64,000 bases of DNA from Patescibacteria group bacterium. GTDB taxonomy: Bacteria > Patescibacteriota > Patescibacteriia > UBA9934. Where the stretch lies: the NCBI GenBank assembly GCA_018062825.1, contig JAGORL010000003.1:72333-136332 (forward strand), given 5' to 3'. The stretch's first letter is position 1; each line of letters opens with the position of its first letter. Positions 1 through 9,134 of the stretch are shown here, piece by piece. A program made the position numbers and the translations under genes. The notes under the pieces were generated by a model. That model was not told the DNA's origin. It worked only from the letters and a program-made list of their open reading frames with translations, and searched no databases.

Positions 1-873
1 TCCAATGGTTCAAGCTCTATGGGCTCAACCTGTGGTGCCTCTTTGGCACTTATGGATGCCGGTGTACCGATCAAGGCACCAGTAGCCGGTATTGCGATGG
101 GTGTTGCTAGCGATGGCAAAGGTAACTTCCAGGTTATTACTGACTTGCAGGACCTTGAGGACGGTAATGGCGGTATGGACTTTAAGATCACCGGTACGCG
201 TACTGGCGTTACCGCTATCCAGCTTGATACTAAGACCGATGGTTTGCCTCGCTTTGTTATTGAGGAGACGATCGCTCGCTCAAAGGAGGCTCGCATGAAG
301 GTACTGGACGTGATGGCAACCGCTATTGCAGAACCTCGTGCTGACCTTTCGCCAAATGCTCCACGTATTCTTACGCTCAACATTAGCGTTGATAAGATTC
401 GTGAAGTCATTGGTCCTGGCGGCAAGATGATCAACGAAATCATTGAAAAGACGGGTGTTAATTCGATCGATATCGAGCAGACCGGTCTTGTGATGATCAC
501 CGCTACTAACGGCGAGGCGGGTAAGAAGGCTTTTGATTGGATTCATAACCTTACTCGCGAAGTTCAGGTTGGTGAGATTTTTGACGGTGAGGTTGTGCGG
601 TTGATGGACTTTGGTGCGTTTGTGCAGGTTTTGCCGGGCAAAGACGGTATGGTGCACGTTTCAGAACTCGCCCCATGGCGCGTTGGCAAGGTCTCTGACA
701 TGGTTAAGGTTGGCGACAAAGTAAAGGTGAAAGTGATTGAAATTGATGAAAAGGGTCGCATTAACCTGTCTATGAAGCAGGCTCCGGGTAATACTTATAC
801 GGATGAAATGAAGGCTCGTTCGCAAGAATCACGCCCGAGCGCCCCTAAGACTTTTGCACCAAAGTCTGAATAG
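1..873 (+). CDS. pnp: Polynucleotide phosphorylase (PNPase), C-terminal part with KH and S1 domains; 5' end lies outside the window
   Basis: Open in frame from nt 1. The translation carries PNPase hallmarks (GVTAIQLDTKTDG, a KH motif VIGPGGKMINEI, and an S1 domain GEIFDGEVVRLMDFGAFVQV). Confidence 0.9.
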   Translation, partial: SNGSSSMGSTCGASLALMDAGVPIKAPVAGIAMGVASDGKGNFQVITDLQDLEDGNGGMDFKITGTRTGVTAIQLDTKTDGLPRFVIEETIARSKEARMKVLDVMATAIAEPRADLSPNAPRILTLNISVDKIREVIGPGGKMINEIIEKTGVNSIDIEQTGLVMITATNGEAGKKAFDWIHNLTREVQVGEIFDGEVVRLMDFGAFVQVLPGKDGMVHVSELAPWRVGKVSDMVKVGDKVKVKVIEIDEKGRINLSMKQAPGNTYTDEMKARSQESRPSAPKTFAPKSE

Positions 874-875
874 CT

Positions 876-2105
876 GTGGCGCATGATCGCCTGTTCATCC
901 CACTTACTCCAAACGTAACGTCACAAAAAGCCTGGCGCGTCCTTCGCGTCGGCTTTTTGTTTGGGGTAGGGGCACTTGTTGGCATGCTCTTCTTTCAAGC
1001 TTTGCGTCATTCTGAGCAGATCAGCGTAACAGGCTATCCGGATGATCTTGTCACGGTTCGTCTTTTTAAAACGCCACGCTCCCTGGCTTTTTTCTCTGGC
1101 ACGCCAGGAGCTTCAACTATATTTCCGGATGCGCCAATGACGGTTCTTGAGGCGCTACGTCAGAGCGAAAGTGGCATTTCTTTGTTTCTGAGTGATGGAA
1201 ACGTTGTCGGGTATCTGACTGATGCCCGTGTTACAAGCGATAACATTAGCCAGTTTGGCTATGTGGCGACGAATTTTGAAGATCATGCGCTTATTAGCGC
1301 GCCGCAGTACACGCCAACTGCTACGCGCTCTGTACGACCGCGCTTCTTATTGAAAACACGCATAGATGGCGAGATTGTCCAGGCTGGTGTTGAAAAATCT
1401 CTACCGATACATTTTAGCGATCAATCGATCATTGTGCGCGGCCTGCCGCTTCTGCAAGAGGCAGCGTCTACGCTGACGTTGCCAAAAAATGCTGAACCAT
1501 TAGCTGCGTTTACGGTCGAGCCGGAACTACTCTCCTTCATGCGGGAAGTGGAGGTGCCACTTGTTTATAGCAATGCATCTTTCATGGTTGACCACGTCAT
1601 CGAACATGGTTTTTCCGCTGTACTTGGCCAAGATTTGCAGGGCATCACCCTTCATATTTCAACCGCCGCTGGCACAATCACCTCAACACAGGCGGCAGCA
1701 TTTGGTAAGGAATTTGTTGAAATTGCAGACGTCACTCACGATGAAGATGATGAGCTACTCACTCTACGACCTAAATCTCCAGGCATGGTATCGGTAACAG
1801 CAGAGAAGGATCTTGCTTTTATAACAGCAAGTGGCGAGAAATCTACATTATCATTGGCGCTATCCTCAGAAACCTTGGCAGCAAACAATCGCTTACTTGA
1901 GGCGGGAAATATCGGCGCAATTGAGCAGGAACTGTGTGGCATCCGAACGTCTGCATACTTACGTCCTCGCGCTTTCACAAAGCTTCTCTTTCCGACCGGA
2001 AAACTTGAAGCAGCGACGATTACTACACTTCTTAATCGTGCCGAAGCCATTGTGACGAAGCGCGCCACCACCACTGTCTGCTTCTTTGGTGTGCAGGATG
2101 AGTAG
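876..2105 (+). CDS. Hypothetical protein with an N-terminal transmembrane anchor
   Basis: 409-aa ORF starting with a hydrophobic N-terminal segment; no recognisable family motif. Confidence 0.45.
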   Translation: MAHDRLFIPLTPNVTSQKAWRVLRVGFLFGVGALVGMLFFQALRHSEQISVTGYPDDLVTVRLFKTPRSLAFFSGTPGASTIFPDAPMTVLEALRQSESGISLFLSDGNVVGYLTDARVTSDNISQFGYVATNFEDHALISAPQYTPTATRSVRPRFLLKTRIDGEIVQAGVEKSLPIHFSDQSIIVRGLPLLQEAASTLTLPKNAEPLAAFTVEPELLSFMREVEVPLVYSNASFMVDHVIEHGFSAVLGQDLQGITLHISTAAGTITSTQAAAFGKEFVEIADVTHDEDDELLTLRPKSPGMVSVTAEKDLAFITASGEKSTLSLALSSETLAANNRLLEAGNIGAIEQELCGIRTSAYLRPRAFTKLLFPTGKLEAATITTLLNRAEAIVTKRATTTVCFFGVQDE

Positions 2106-2587
2106 GTGGATACTTTCAGTGTTCATAAAATTGGTAATCTGGATTTGGTGTTTGCAGATATCGGAAGTTTGCTGCAAATGCTCAATGAAATTGCATGTGT
2201 ACAAATTGTGTTCATGTTTTTTGGCTCGATGTATACTGATTCTGTAATCGTTCTTTATCCAATTCCGTTGCTTTGCTGTGATAGCGAAGCACGACCAGGG
2301 GAAGTATTCCAAAGGTCCCATTCTTTGGAACACCTCAACGCATAGCGAACTAATTTGCTTGCACGATCGTCATTGTGGCACTTGCCTGGTGATCGCGCGG
2401 CGGTTTGTGGGCTGTGTGGGTCGCCGTGGCTGACGGACGATGTTGAGCGTTGCGTTATTAGCAGAAGATATTTTGCTAATACCCCAGCGTTCAAGATCGC
2501 CAGTTCCCACTGCAACCGAGGCGTGTAGACAGGGCTTAATTATGTACCTGTTTCTACCGCCTCTTTTCTGTTTCACGAGCATAGGAT

Positions 2588-3010
2588 ATGCTTAGACAAA
2601 CTCAACAAGTAACGTCCTCTATGGCTAAGGTTAAAGCTCTTTCCGCGTCTTTCATTGAAGATATGAAGAACGCGCTCATCAGTGAACAGGCTAAGCTCGA
2701 AAAAGAGCTATCCAGCTTTGCGCATCGCAACCCAAAGAGCTCTGACGCGTTTGATGTTGATTATCCGGAAGTTGGTACCGATGAAGGCGAAAATGCTGCC
2801 GAGGTTGCTCAATTTAGCGATAATCTGTCACTCGAACAGGAGCTCGAAAGTGCCCTTAAAGATGTAAAGTCAGCACTTACCGCTCTTGAAAAAGGGGAGT
2901 ACGGCTCTTGCAAGTACTGCAAGCAACAGATCGACGAAGCTCGCTTGCGCATTCGCCCAACATCAACTTCTTGCGTTGCTTGTAAGAAAACCCTTACACA
3001 GGAGGTCTAA
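2588..3010 (+). CDS. DksA/TraR-family C4 zinc-finger protein
   Basis: Coiled-coil N-terminus followed by C-x2-C-x17-C-x2-C (CKYCKQQ...CVACKK), typical of DksA/TraR. Confidence 0.7.
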   Translation: MLRQTQQVTSSMAKVKALSASFIEDMKNALISEQAKLEKELSSFAHRNPKSSDAFDVDYPEVGTDEGENAAEVAQFSDNLSLEQELESALKDVKSALTALEKGEYGSCKYCKQQIDEARLRIRPTSTSCVACKKTLTQEV

Positions 3011-3012
3011 TT

Positions 3013-3468
3013 ATGACCTCGGCGACGCGCGCTCGCATACTCGCCGTCACCGTTTTTTTTGGCATTCTTGATGCAATCATGAAGATGCTCGCGCTTCGTT
3101 CTTTTCCTGACGATAGCCAAGCGCAGGGGATTGCCAGTCTTGCGCTCCATCACAATTACGGGATTGCATTTAATATCCCAGTGCCACTTTACGCAGTGAT
3201 TCCATTCACGATCGCAGTGCTCGTTTTTTTTGCAGGATTTGCTTATCATGATTGGTCGATGCACGTTGCACGCTCAATGGCATCATGCATGGTCATTATT
3301 GGAGCTTTAGGCAACCTTGTTGACCGCGTTGTCCATGGGTTTACTACTGATTGGCTGATTCTTCTTGAGCGCTCTGCGGTTAATATCTCTGATGGGATTA
3401 TATTAGTCGGTATTCTTTTGTTCTTGTGGTACAGTGAACATACTCCCCAGGTTAGTGATTCACATTAA
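3013..3468 (+). CDS. lspA: Lipoprotein signal peptidase II
   Basis: Four hydrophobic segments and conserved LspA motifs (NYGIAFNI, GNLVDRVVHG). Confidence 0.75.
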   Translation: MTSATRARILAVTVFFGILDAIMKMLALRSFPDDSQAQGIASLALHHNYGIAFNIPVPLYAVIPFTIAVLVFFAGFAYHDWSMHVARSMASCMVIIGALGNLVDRVVHGFTTDWLILLERSAVNISDGIILVGILLFLWYSEHTPQVSDSH

Positions 3469-3492
3469 TTTTTAGAACTCCCCGTATATTCT

Positions 3493-5010
3493 ATGGGGAG
3501 TTCTTTTATTTCGAGTGTTGCGATTATTGGGCTTACTGGCGTATCCGTGCAGATTGAGGCTGATCACGCGTTCGGACTACCGCGCACGACGATTGTTGGC
3601 CTACCTGATGCGGCCATCAGCGAAGCTCGAGACCGAGTAAAATCAGCAATTAAAAATAGTGGATTTTCTTATCCGCCACACGTCGTTACGATCAATCTTG
3701 CACCAGCTGATGTAAAAAAATACGGTCCGGGCTTTGATTTACCGATCGCGATTGCGATCCTCCTTGCGACCGGTGTCCTTGAGCCGGCGCATGTTGAAAA
3801 TATTGTTTTTCTTGGTGAACTTGGACTTCACGGCGACATTCGTCCGATACGGGGCGCTCTACTTGCAGCGCAGGTTGCGGCGCGAGCCGGTGGCAAGACA
3901 CTTGTTGTGCCGACAGCTAACGCCGACGAAGCGGCGGTGATTGCTGACGTACAGGTTCATGCTGCGCACTCGCTTCGGGATCTTATCTGCGCACTGCAGG
4001 GACGTACCCTCGCTATTTGTAAGCACACGCCATGGAATCCGACGTTCGTCGCTACGGGGCATAATAATTTTGCGGACATACGCGGTCAGCAAGCAACGAA
4101 GCGAGCGCTTGAAATCGCCGCAGCCGGCGGACATAATGCTCTTATTTTTGGCCCACCCGGGAGCGGAAAAACGCTCCTTGCTCGTGCGCTTCCTGGCATC
4201 TTGCCACCACTTAGCTATGACGAGTCACTGGCTGTGACCGGTATTCACTCACTCTATGCAGCCGCGGGTACATACCGGGGACTCATGACTGAGCGACCTT
4301 TTCGAGCTCCACATCATGGAGCCTCGGCGAGCGCGCTTGTTGGCGGAGGAACCATTCCTCGTCCGGGTGAAGTGTCACTTGCGCATCGAGGTATTCTTTT
4401 TCTTGATGAGCTGCCGGAGTTCTCAAAGCATGTTCTTGAAGCACTACGACAACCTCTTGAGGATGGCGTCGTCACCATTAGTCGAGCCGCGGGAAGTATT
4501 GAGTTTCCAGCACAAACAACACTGATTGCCGCACTTAATCCGTGCCCTTGTGGTTACTTTGGAACAGATCGTGCCTGCACCTGCACTGATCGCATGCGCA
4601 TGCTTTATTTACGCAAGATCTCAGGTCCACTTCTTGATCGTATTGACCTTGCAATTCATGCGCGAGCTCTGTCGCCACTGGAACTCACGCAAACACCGAC
4701 ATCTGAATCTTCCGAGGCTATTCGTGAGCGCGTCATTCAAGCTCAGGGCTTTTGTCATGAGCGTGGACAGAAGCGGCGCAACGCCGACCTGCAAGGCAAG
4801 GAGATTGTAGAGATCGTGAAACTGACACGTGAAGCTGAACAGATGCTGCAAGGAGCAATGACTCATCTGCAACTTAGCGGACGCGGCTATCACCGTACAC
4901 TTCGGGTAGCACGAACAATTGCTGACTTAGCGAAATCAGACGCTACAACTGAACTTCATGTTGCCGAAGCTCTGAGCTACCGACTTCCTAAAACACTTCT
5001 GACGCCCTAG
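3493..5010 (+). CDS. comM: YifB/ComM-family Mg-chelatase-like AAA+ ATPase
   Basis: N-terminal Lon-protease-like domain, Walker A GPPGSGKT, Walker B ILFLDEL and a C-terminal Mg-chelatase-like tail. Confidence 0.85.
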   Translation: MGSSFISSVAIIGLTGVSVQIEADHAFGLPRTTIVGLPDAAISEARDRVKSAIKNSGFSYPPHVVTINLAPADVKKYGPGFDLPIAIAILLATGVLEPAHVENIVFLGELGLHGDIRPIRGALLAAQVAARAGGKTLVVPTANADEAAVIADVQVHAAHSLRDLICALQGRTLAICKHTPWNPTFVATGHNNFADIRGQQATKRALEIAAAGGHNALIFGPPGSGKTLLARALPGILPPLSYDESLAVTGIHSLYAAAGTYRGLMTERPFRAPHHGASASALVGGGTIPRPGEVSLAHRGILFLDELPEFSKHVLEALRQPLEDGVVTISRAAGSIEFPAQTTLIAALNPCPCGYFGTDRACTCTDRMRMLYLRKISGPLLDRIDLAIHARALSPLELTQTPTSESSEAIRERVIQAQGFCHERGQKRRNADLQGKEIVEIVKLTREAEQMLQGAMTHLQLSGRGYHRTLRVARTIADLAKSDATTELHVAEALSYRLPKTLLTP

Positions 5011-6395
5011 CGCGCTAGATAATCACCCGGGTTCTTGAAGACACCATTTAAGAGAACCTCAAAGTGTAAGTGTGTTCCTGTTGAATTTCCGGTTGATCCA
5101 CAACGACCAAGAGGGGTTCCAGAGGTAACGCTGTCACCTGATTTAACGTAGAGACTGTTAAAGTGGCCGTAGCGCGTGACAAGACCATCACCGTGATTCA
5201 CCTCAACAGTAAGACCGTAACCCTTCTTGGTGCCGGAGAACTGAATGATACCGTCAGCGGCAGCGTAGTTATCGTTGGTACTTGTGCCGTCGGCATGGCC
5301 ATTGCAGTCGATATCGTATCCGGTATGGAACCAGCTCGTTTTACGTACGATATATTTCAGATCGGTTGGCCAAATCATGGACGCACCTTCAGCAAGAGCG
5401 ATGTCAGCATTTGAATCACTTGGCGCTGAAGTAAAGATTTCTTTTACGGCGACAGTAACCGGGCGGGAGACTGGGGTGGTTACCCGCTTTTCACCGCCAG
5501 GCACAATTAAACGTTGTCCGATTTTGAGGGCGTTCGCGCTTTCAATGTTGTTATAGGCCAAGATCTCTTCTGAGGAAACGCCGTAGGTGTTTGCGATTGC
5601 CGAAAGGGTGTCGCCGCTTCTGACAGCGTGCTCAACACCTGTTACCGGTAGGATGGATAGGGTATTTCCAGGTTTGATAATCGAACGAACCGTAAGACTA
5701 TTTGCCCAAAGCAACGTATCAAGAGAGATGCCAAACTGCTCCGCGATTGATGAGAGGGTATCGCCTGAGGCTACAGTATATGTTTCAACCTCAGTGCGCG
5801 TTCTTGGCGTTACCGGAGCATCAACTGCAACTGTTGCTGCTAGTGACGTATCGGTTGAAGTTGGGACGTCAGCTGCAACCGGCTGAGCTGTGAGTACTGC
5901 GCTACTTAAATATGACGATGGCACGTGCGTGATGGCGGCCATTGGATCAATATATTCTTCAACGATCTCTACATTTTCTGTGGAGACCATGGCGTAAAGA
6001 ATGCTTTTCTGCCCTACTGAATCACGTTCAGCACGGACTGTTCCAATTTGAATATTGCTTGCACCAGCTACAACAGCGATCATAATCGCAACTACGTGCA
6101 CTGCAAACCGATTGGAGAGAAAAAACATGAACCGGTTCTTTGCTGGCCGGTAGAGCGAGGCGAGTTGGTGACGAAATGAAAAGGCGATCTCGTAGAGCGG
6201 CAGGATAAATAGCGACAAGAATAGGCGCCCGAACGGTCTTGCGACAATTAAAAGAAAGCTAGCGACCTTGATGATTAGTCGTTTTAAGGCTACCAAACCA
6301 CGCACGAACATTAGACCAATTTTAGCTAATGTTGGAGAAATATTTGCCATAGGATCGGCAACGGGTAGCATAGCAAACTTCCCGCTCTTCGCCAA
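5007..6395 (-). CDS. M23-family metallopeptidase with LysM domains and an N-terminal membrane anchor
   Basis: Two LysM motifs (GDTLSSIAEQFG.., GDTLSAIANTYG..) and an M23 catalytic region (HxGxD..HLHFEV). The start codon is uncertain; internal Met codons are possible. Confidence 0.8.
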   Translation of the reverse strand: MAKSGKFAMLPVADPMANISPTLAKIGLMFVRGLVALKRLIIKVASFLLIVARPFGRLFLSLFILPLYEIAFSFRHQLASLYRPAKNRFMFFLSNRFAVHVVAIMIAVVAGASNIQIGTVRAERDSVGQKSILYAMVSTENVEIVEEYIDPMAAITHVPSSYLSSAVLTAQPVAADVPTSTDTSLAATVAVDAPVTPRTRTEVETYTVASGDTLSSIAEQFGISLDTLLWANSLTVRSIIKPGNTLSILPVTGVEHAVRSGDTLSAIANTYGVSSEEILAYNNIESANALKIGQRLIVPGGEKRVTTPVSRPVTVAVKEIFTSAPSDSNADIALAEGASMIWPTDLKYIVRKTSWFHTGYDIDCNGHADGTSTNDNYAAADGIIQFSGTKKGYGLTVEVNHGDGLVTRYGHFNSLYVKSGDSVTSGTPLGRCGSTGNSTGTHLHFEVLLNGVFKNPGDYLAR

Positions 6396-6484
6396 TTGCT
6401 TTTATCATAATTTGGCTAACTGTAGCTATTAATTGACGAAAGCTCTGACACTGCTATACTCCTTTCGTTTTAGATGAATATCTT

Positions 6485-7774
6485 ATGGCTTATCGCATTG
6501 AAAAAGTAGACAAGAATCGTGTCAAAATTCACGTTACCGTTCCTAAGGAGCAGGTTGATGCTGGTTTGACACATGCTGTTGAGCATATGGGCGAAGGGCT
6601 CACTATTCCTGGCTTCCGTCCAGGCAAGGCACCGGCGGACGTTGTTCGCAAGCGCATTGGTGAAGCGGCGCTCATGGAACATGCCGCTGAAGAGCTTATT
6701 CGCGCAGCCTTAACCGAGGCTTTGCTTGATGAAGATTTGAGCGTTGTTGGTCAGCCTTATTTTCAAGTAGAAAAGATGGCTCCAGGAAATGATCTTATCT
6801 TTACGGCAGAGATCTCACTCATGCCACAAATCACTAAGCTTGCTGACGTTACAAAGCTTGAAGTGAAGGCTGAAGACACCACACCAACCCCAGAGCTCAT
6901 CGCTGAAGCCAAGAAAGACTTGCAACGCATGCGCACCACCGAAAAGCGCGCTGAGACCGGTGCTGAACTTCAGAAAGGGGACAAGGCGGTTGTTGATCTT
7001 GCCATGACACAGGACAAGGTTTCCGTTGAAGGCGGTGACGCTAAAAATCATGGTGTCTTTACGGCTGACGAATACTACATTCCAGGATTTGTAGAAAAGA
7101 TTCTTGGCATGAAAGAAGGTGAGGAGCGATCGTTTACACTTCCGTTTCCAAAGGACCACTACCAGAAGCACTTAGCTGGAAAAGATGTAGCATTTACCGT
7201 GAAGCTCAATGAAATTTTCAACCTCGTTGTCCCTGAATTTAATGACGAATTTGCAAAAGGCTTTGGCTTTGCAGATCAGGCAGCACTTGAGGTAAAGCTA
7301 ACGACAAATATTGCCGAGGAACGCGTACGTGAAGAGGCGCGTCGCCAGGAAAAGGCGGTGCTTGAAATGGTTGCTGAAAAGAGCACGTTTGATGAGTTCT
7401 CTGAACTCCTTGTTAACCAAGAGATCGATAAGATGGTTCAAGAGCTCCGTGTTTGGGTTACCGACAACGGTATGGAGTTTGATGCGTACCTGAAGAGCAT
7501 CAACAAATCCATCGCCGACATGAAGCTCGACTTTACCCCACAGGCAATTTTGCGCCTCAAGGTAGCACTTATCCTTGATAAAGTGGCGGCTGATGAGAAG
7601 ATCACCGCTGACGCCGCTGAGGTAGATAAGGAGGTTGATGCGCTCGCTGCACAGATGGGTGATAATAAAGAGCTCAAGGAGCGCGTATACTCACCGCAGT
7701 ATCGTGATCGCATTGAGCACCAGTTGCGCAACCGCATGACCGTTGAACACTTGCGTAAAATCATTGTTAAGTAA
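6485..7774 (+). CDS. tig: Trigger factor
   Basis: N-terminal ribosome-binding region with the GFRPGKAP motif, and typical length. A TTGACG-16-TATACT promoter lies at 6433-6460. Confidence 0.85.
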   Translation: MAYRIEKVDKNRVKIHVTVPKEQVDAGLTHAVEHMGEGLTIPGFRPGKAPADVVRKRIGEAALMEHAAEELIRAALTEALLDEDLSVVGQPYFQVEKMAPGNDLIFTAEISLMPQITKLADVTKLEVKAEDTTPTPELIAEAKKDLQRMRTTEKRAETGAELQKGDKAVVDLAMTQDKVSVEGGDAKNHGVFTADEYYIPGFVEKILGMKEGEERSFTLPFPKDHYQKHLAGKDVAFTVKLNEIFNLVVPEFNDEFAKGFGFADQAALEVKLTTNIAEERVREEARRQEKAVLEMVAEKSTFDEFSELLVNQEIDKMVQELRVWVTDNGMEFDAYLKSINKSIADMKLDFTPQAILRLKVALILDKVAADEKITADAAEVDKEVDALAAQMGDNKELKERVYSPQYRDRIEHQLRNRMTVEHLRKIIVK

Positions 7775-7850
7775 AAGAGAAAACCACCCAGCTGACCCTG
7801 ACTCGACGTTCTCGAGACTTGGTCAACGGGTGGTTTTACGTTTGTAGCGC

Positions 7851-8144
7851 TTAGCGGGGCTTACAGCCCTGGCCGTGCGGACGATCACCCCCTTCGAAGG
7901 AGGTATTGATCTGCGGCGCGAGATGGCCCGCGCGCACCGCAGCGCGCTGCTCCGGCGTGGCCGCGTGGAAATCCTCGAGCGTTGGCTGTCCGCCATGGAA
8001 GAACGTGGCCGGGATCGTATCCTCAAGGTCATGCTGGTCGAGCTCGTGGATGATCTTGGTCGCGGGGTCTGCGGAAACATCGCGGCGAGGTGGTGGGGTG
8101 AAGCTGGACAAGATAGCCTCCAATTGGCCGCAAAATAGTAGCAA
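7851..8144. other. Short GC-rich fragment with antiparallel ORFs (87 aa on +, 97 aa on -); possible remnant of a foreign high-GC gene
   Basis: A ~300 bp stretch whose G+C is well above both flanks, with high-GC ORFs open on both strands. No start context is convincing for either frame. Confidence 0.35.
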
Positions 8145-8277
8145 AGGTTAGCGGAAATGTAAAGGATAGAGTAGGTCCACTTCGTCCCAGCGGACTACGT
8201 TAGGACTGGAGAGTAGTTAGTAGGGAGCAGGGTTAGGAGTGATGATTCTTTATTACTTTGTTACACTCAGGATATCT

Positions 8278-9129
8278 ATGCGATTTGGAGCCCATGTGTC
8301 AGCGTCAGGTGGTTTATGGAAGGCGAGCATCCCGGCAAAAGCTTTGGGATGTGAGGTTATTCAGATCTTTAGCCGTGCCCCGCAAGCTTGGGCGGCAAAA
8401 CCAATTACAGATGAAGATGCTGAAAAATTTAAAGCCGCTGTACAAGATGCAGGGGTTCAGGCGACCTATATTCACGCCCCATACCTCATCAATCTGGCAT
8501 CAATGAATAACCGTACGCGCCATGGCTCAATCTCGATGCTTCGCCAGGAACTTGAGCGCGGCACGCAGATTGGCGCTGCTGGCATGATGTTTCACCCGGG
8601 ATCTGCTAAAGATGCTGGGCGAGAAAAGGGGGTTGAGATGGTTGTTGAGGGAATTAACAAAATTCTTGATGGCTACACGGGAAGCTGCCAGCTATTGATT
8701 GAGATTTCGGCAGGCGCGGGCGAAATCATGGGCGATACCTTTGAAGAGATAGCGGCCTTTATTAACGGCGCCGAGCGAGGAGCGGAGGTTGGCGTTTGCT
8801 TTGATACGCAGCACGCCTTTGCGTCTGGATACGATCTGCGCACCAAAAAAGCGGTTGACGAGACTTTTGCTTTATTTGATAAGACTATCGGTCTTAAAAA
8901 ACTCGTTGCTAGCCACTGCAATGACTCAAAGGTAGAGTTTCAGGCCCATAAAGATCGCCACGAACATCTTGGCGAAGGCTTCATTGGAGCTGAGGGATTT
9001 AAATATATTGTTCAGCACCCTCAGCTGCAACATATTGATCTTATCCTTGAGACTCCGTATGACGACGCTGGGGCTGACGAAGGTCGCCAGAAGGATTTGG
9101 CACTACTTAAAAAATATCGAGGTGATTAA
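8278..9129 (+). CDS. nfo: Endonuclease IV (AP endonuclease, xylose-isomerase-like TIM barrel)
   Basis: The protein starts MRFGAHVSASGG and contains HAPYLINLAS, as in Nfo. The track ORF begins at a GTG at 8239, but the ATG at 8278 fits the family N-terminus. Confidence 0.85.
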   Translation: MRFGAHVSASGGLWKASIPAKALGCEVIQIFSRAPQAWAAKPITDEDAEKFKAAVQDAGVQATYIHAPYLINLASMNNRTRHGSISMLRQELERGTQIGAAGMMFHPGSAKDAGREKGVEMVVEGINKILDGYTGSCQLLIEISAGAGEIMGDTFEEIAAFINGAERGAEVGVCFDTQHAFASGYDLRTKKAVDETFALFDKTIGLKKLVASHCNDSKVEFQAHKDRHEHLGEGFIGAEGFKYIVQHPQLQHIDLILETPYDDAGADEGRQKDLALLKKYRGD

Positions 9130-9134
9130 TACCT

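Noticed and set aside
8239-8277. GTG-initiated N-terminal extension of nfo (MMILYYFVTLRIS)
   Set aside because: The family N-terminus begins at the ATG at 8278 (MRFGAHVSASGG). The extension overlaps the G/A/T motif and has no counterpart in Nfo proteins.
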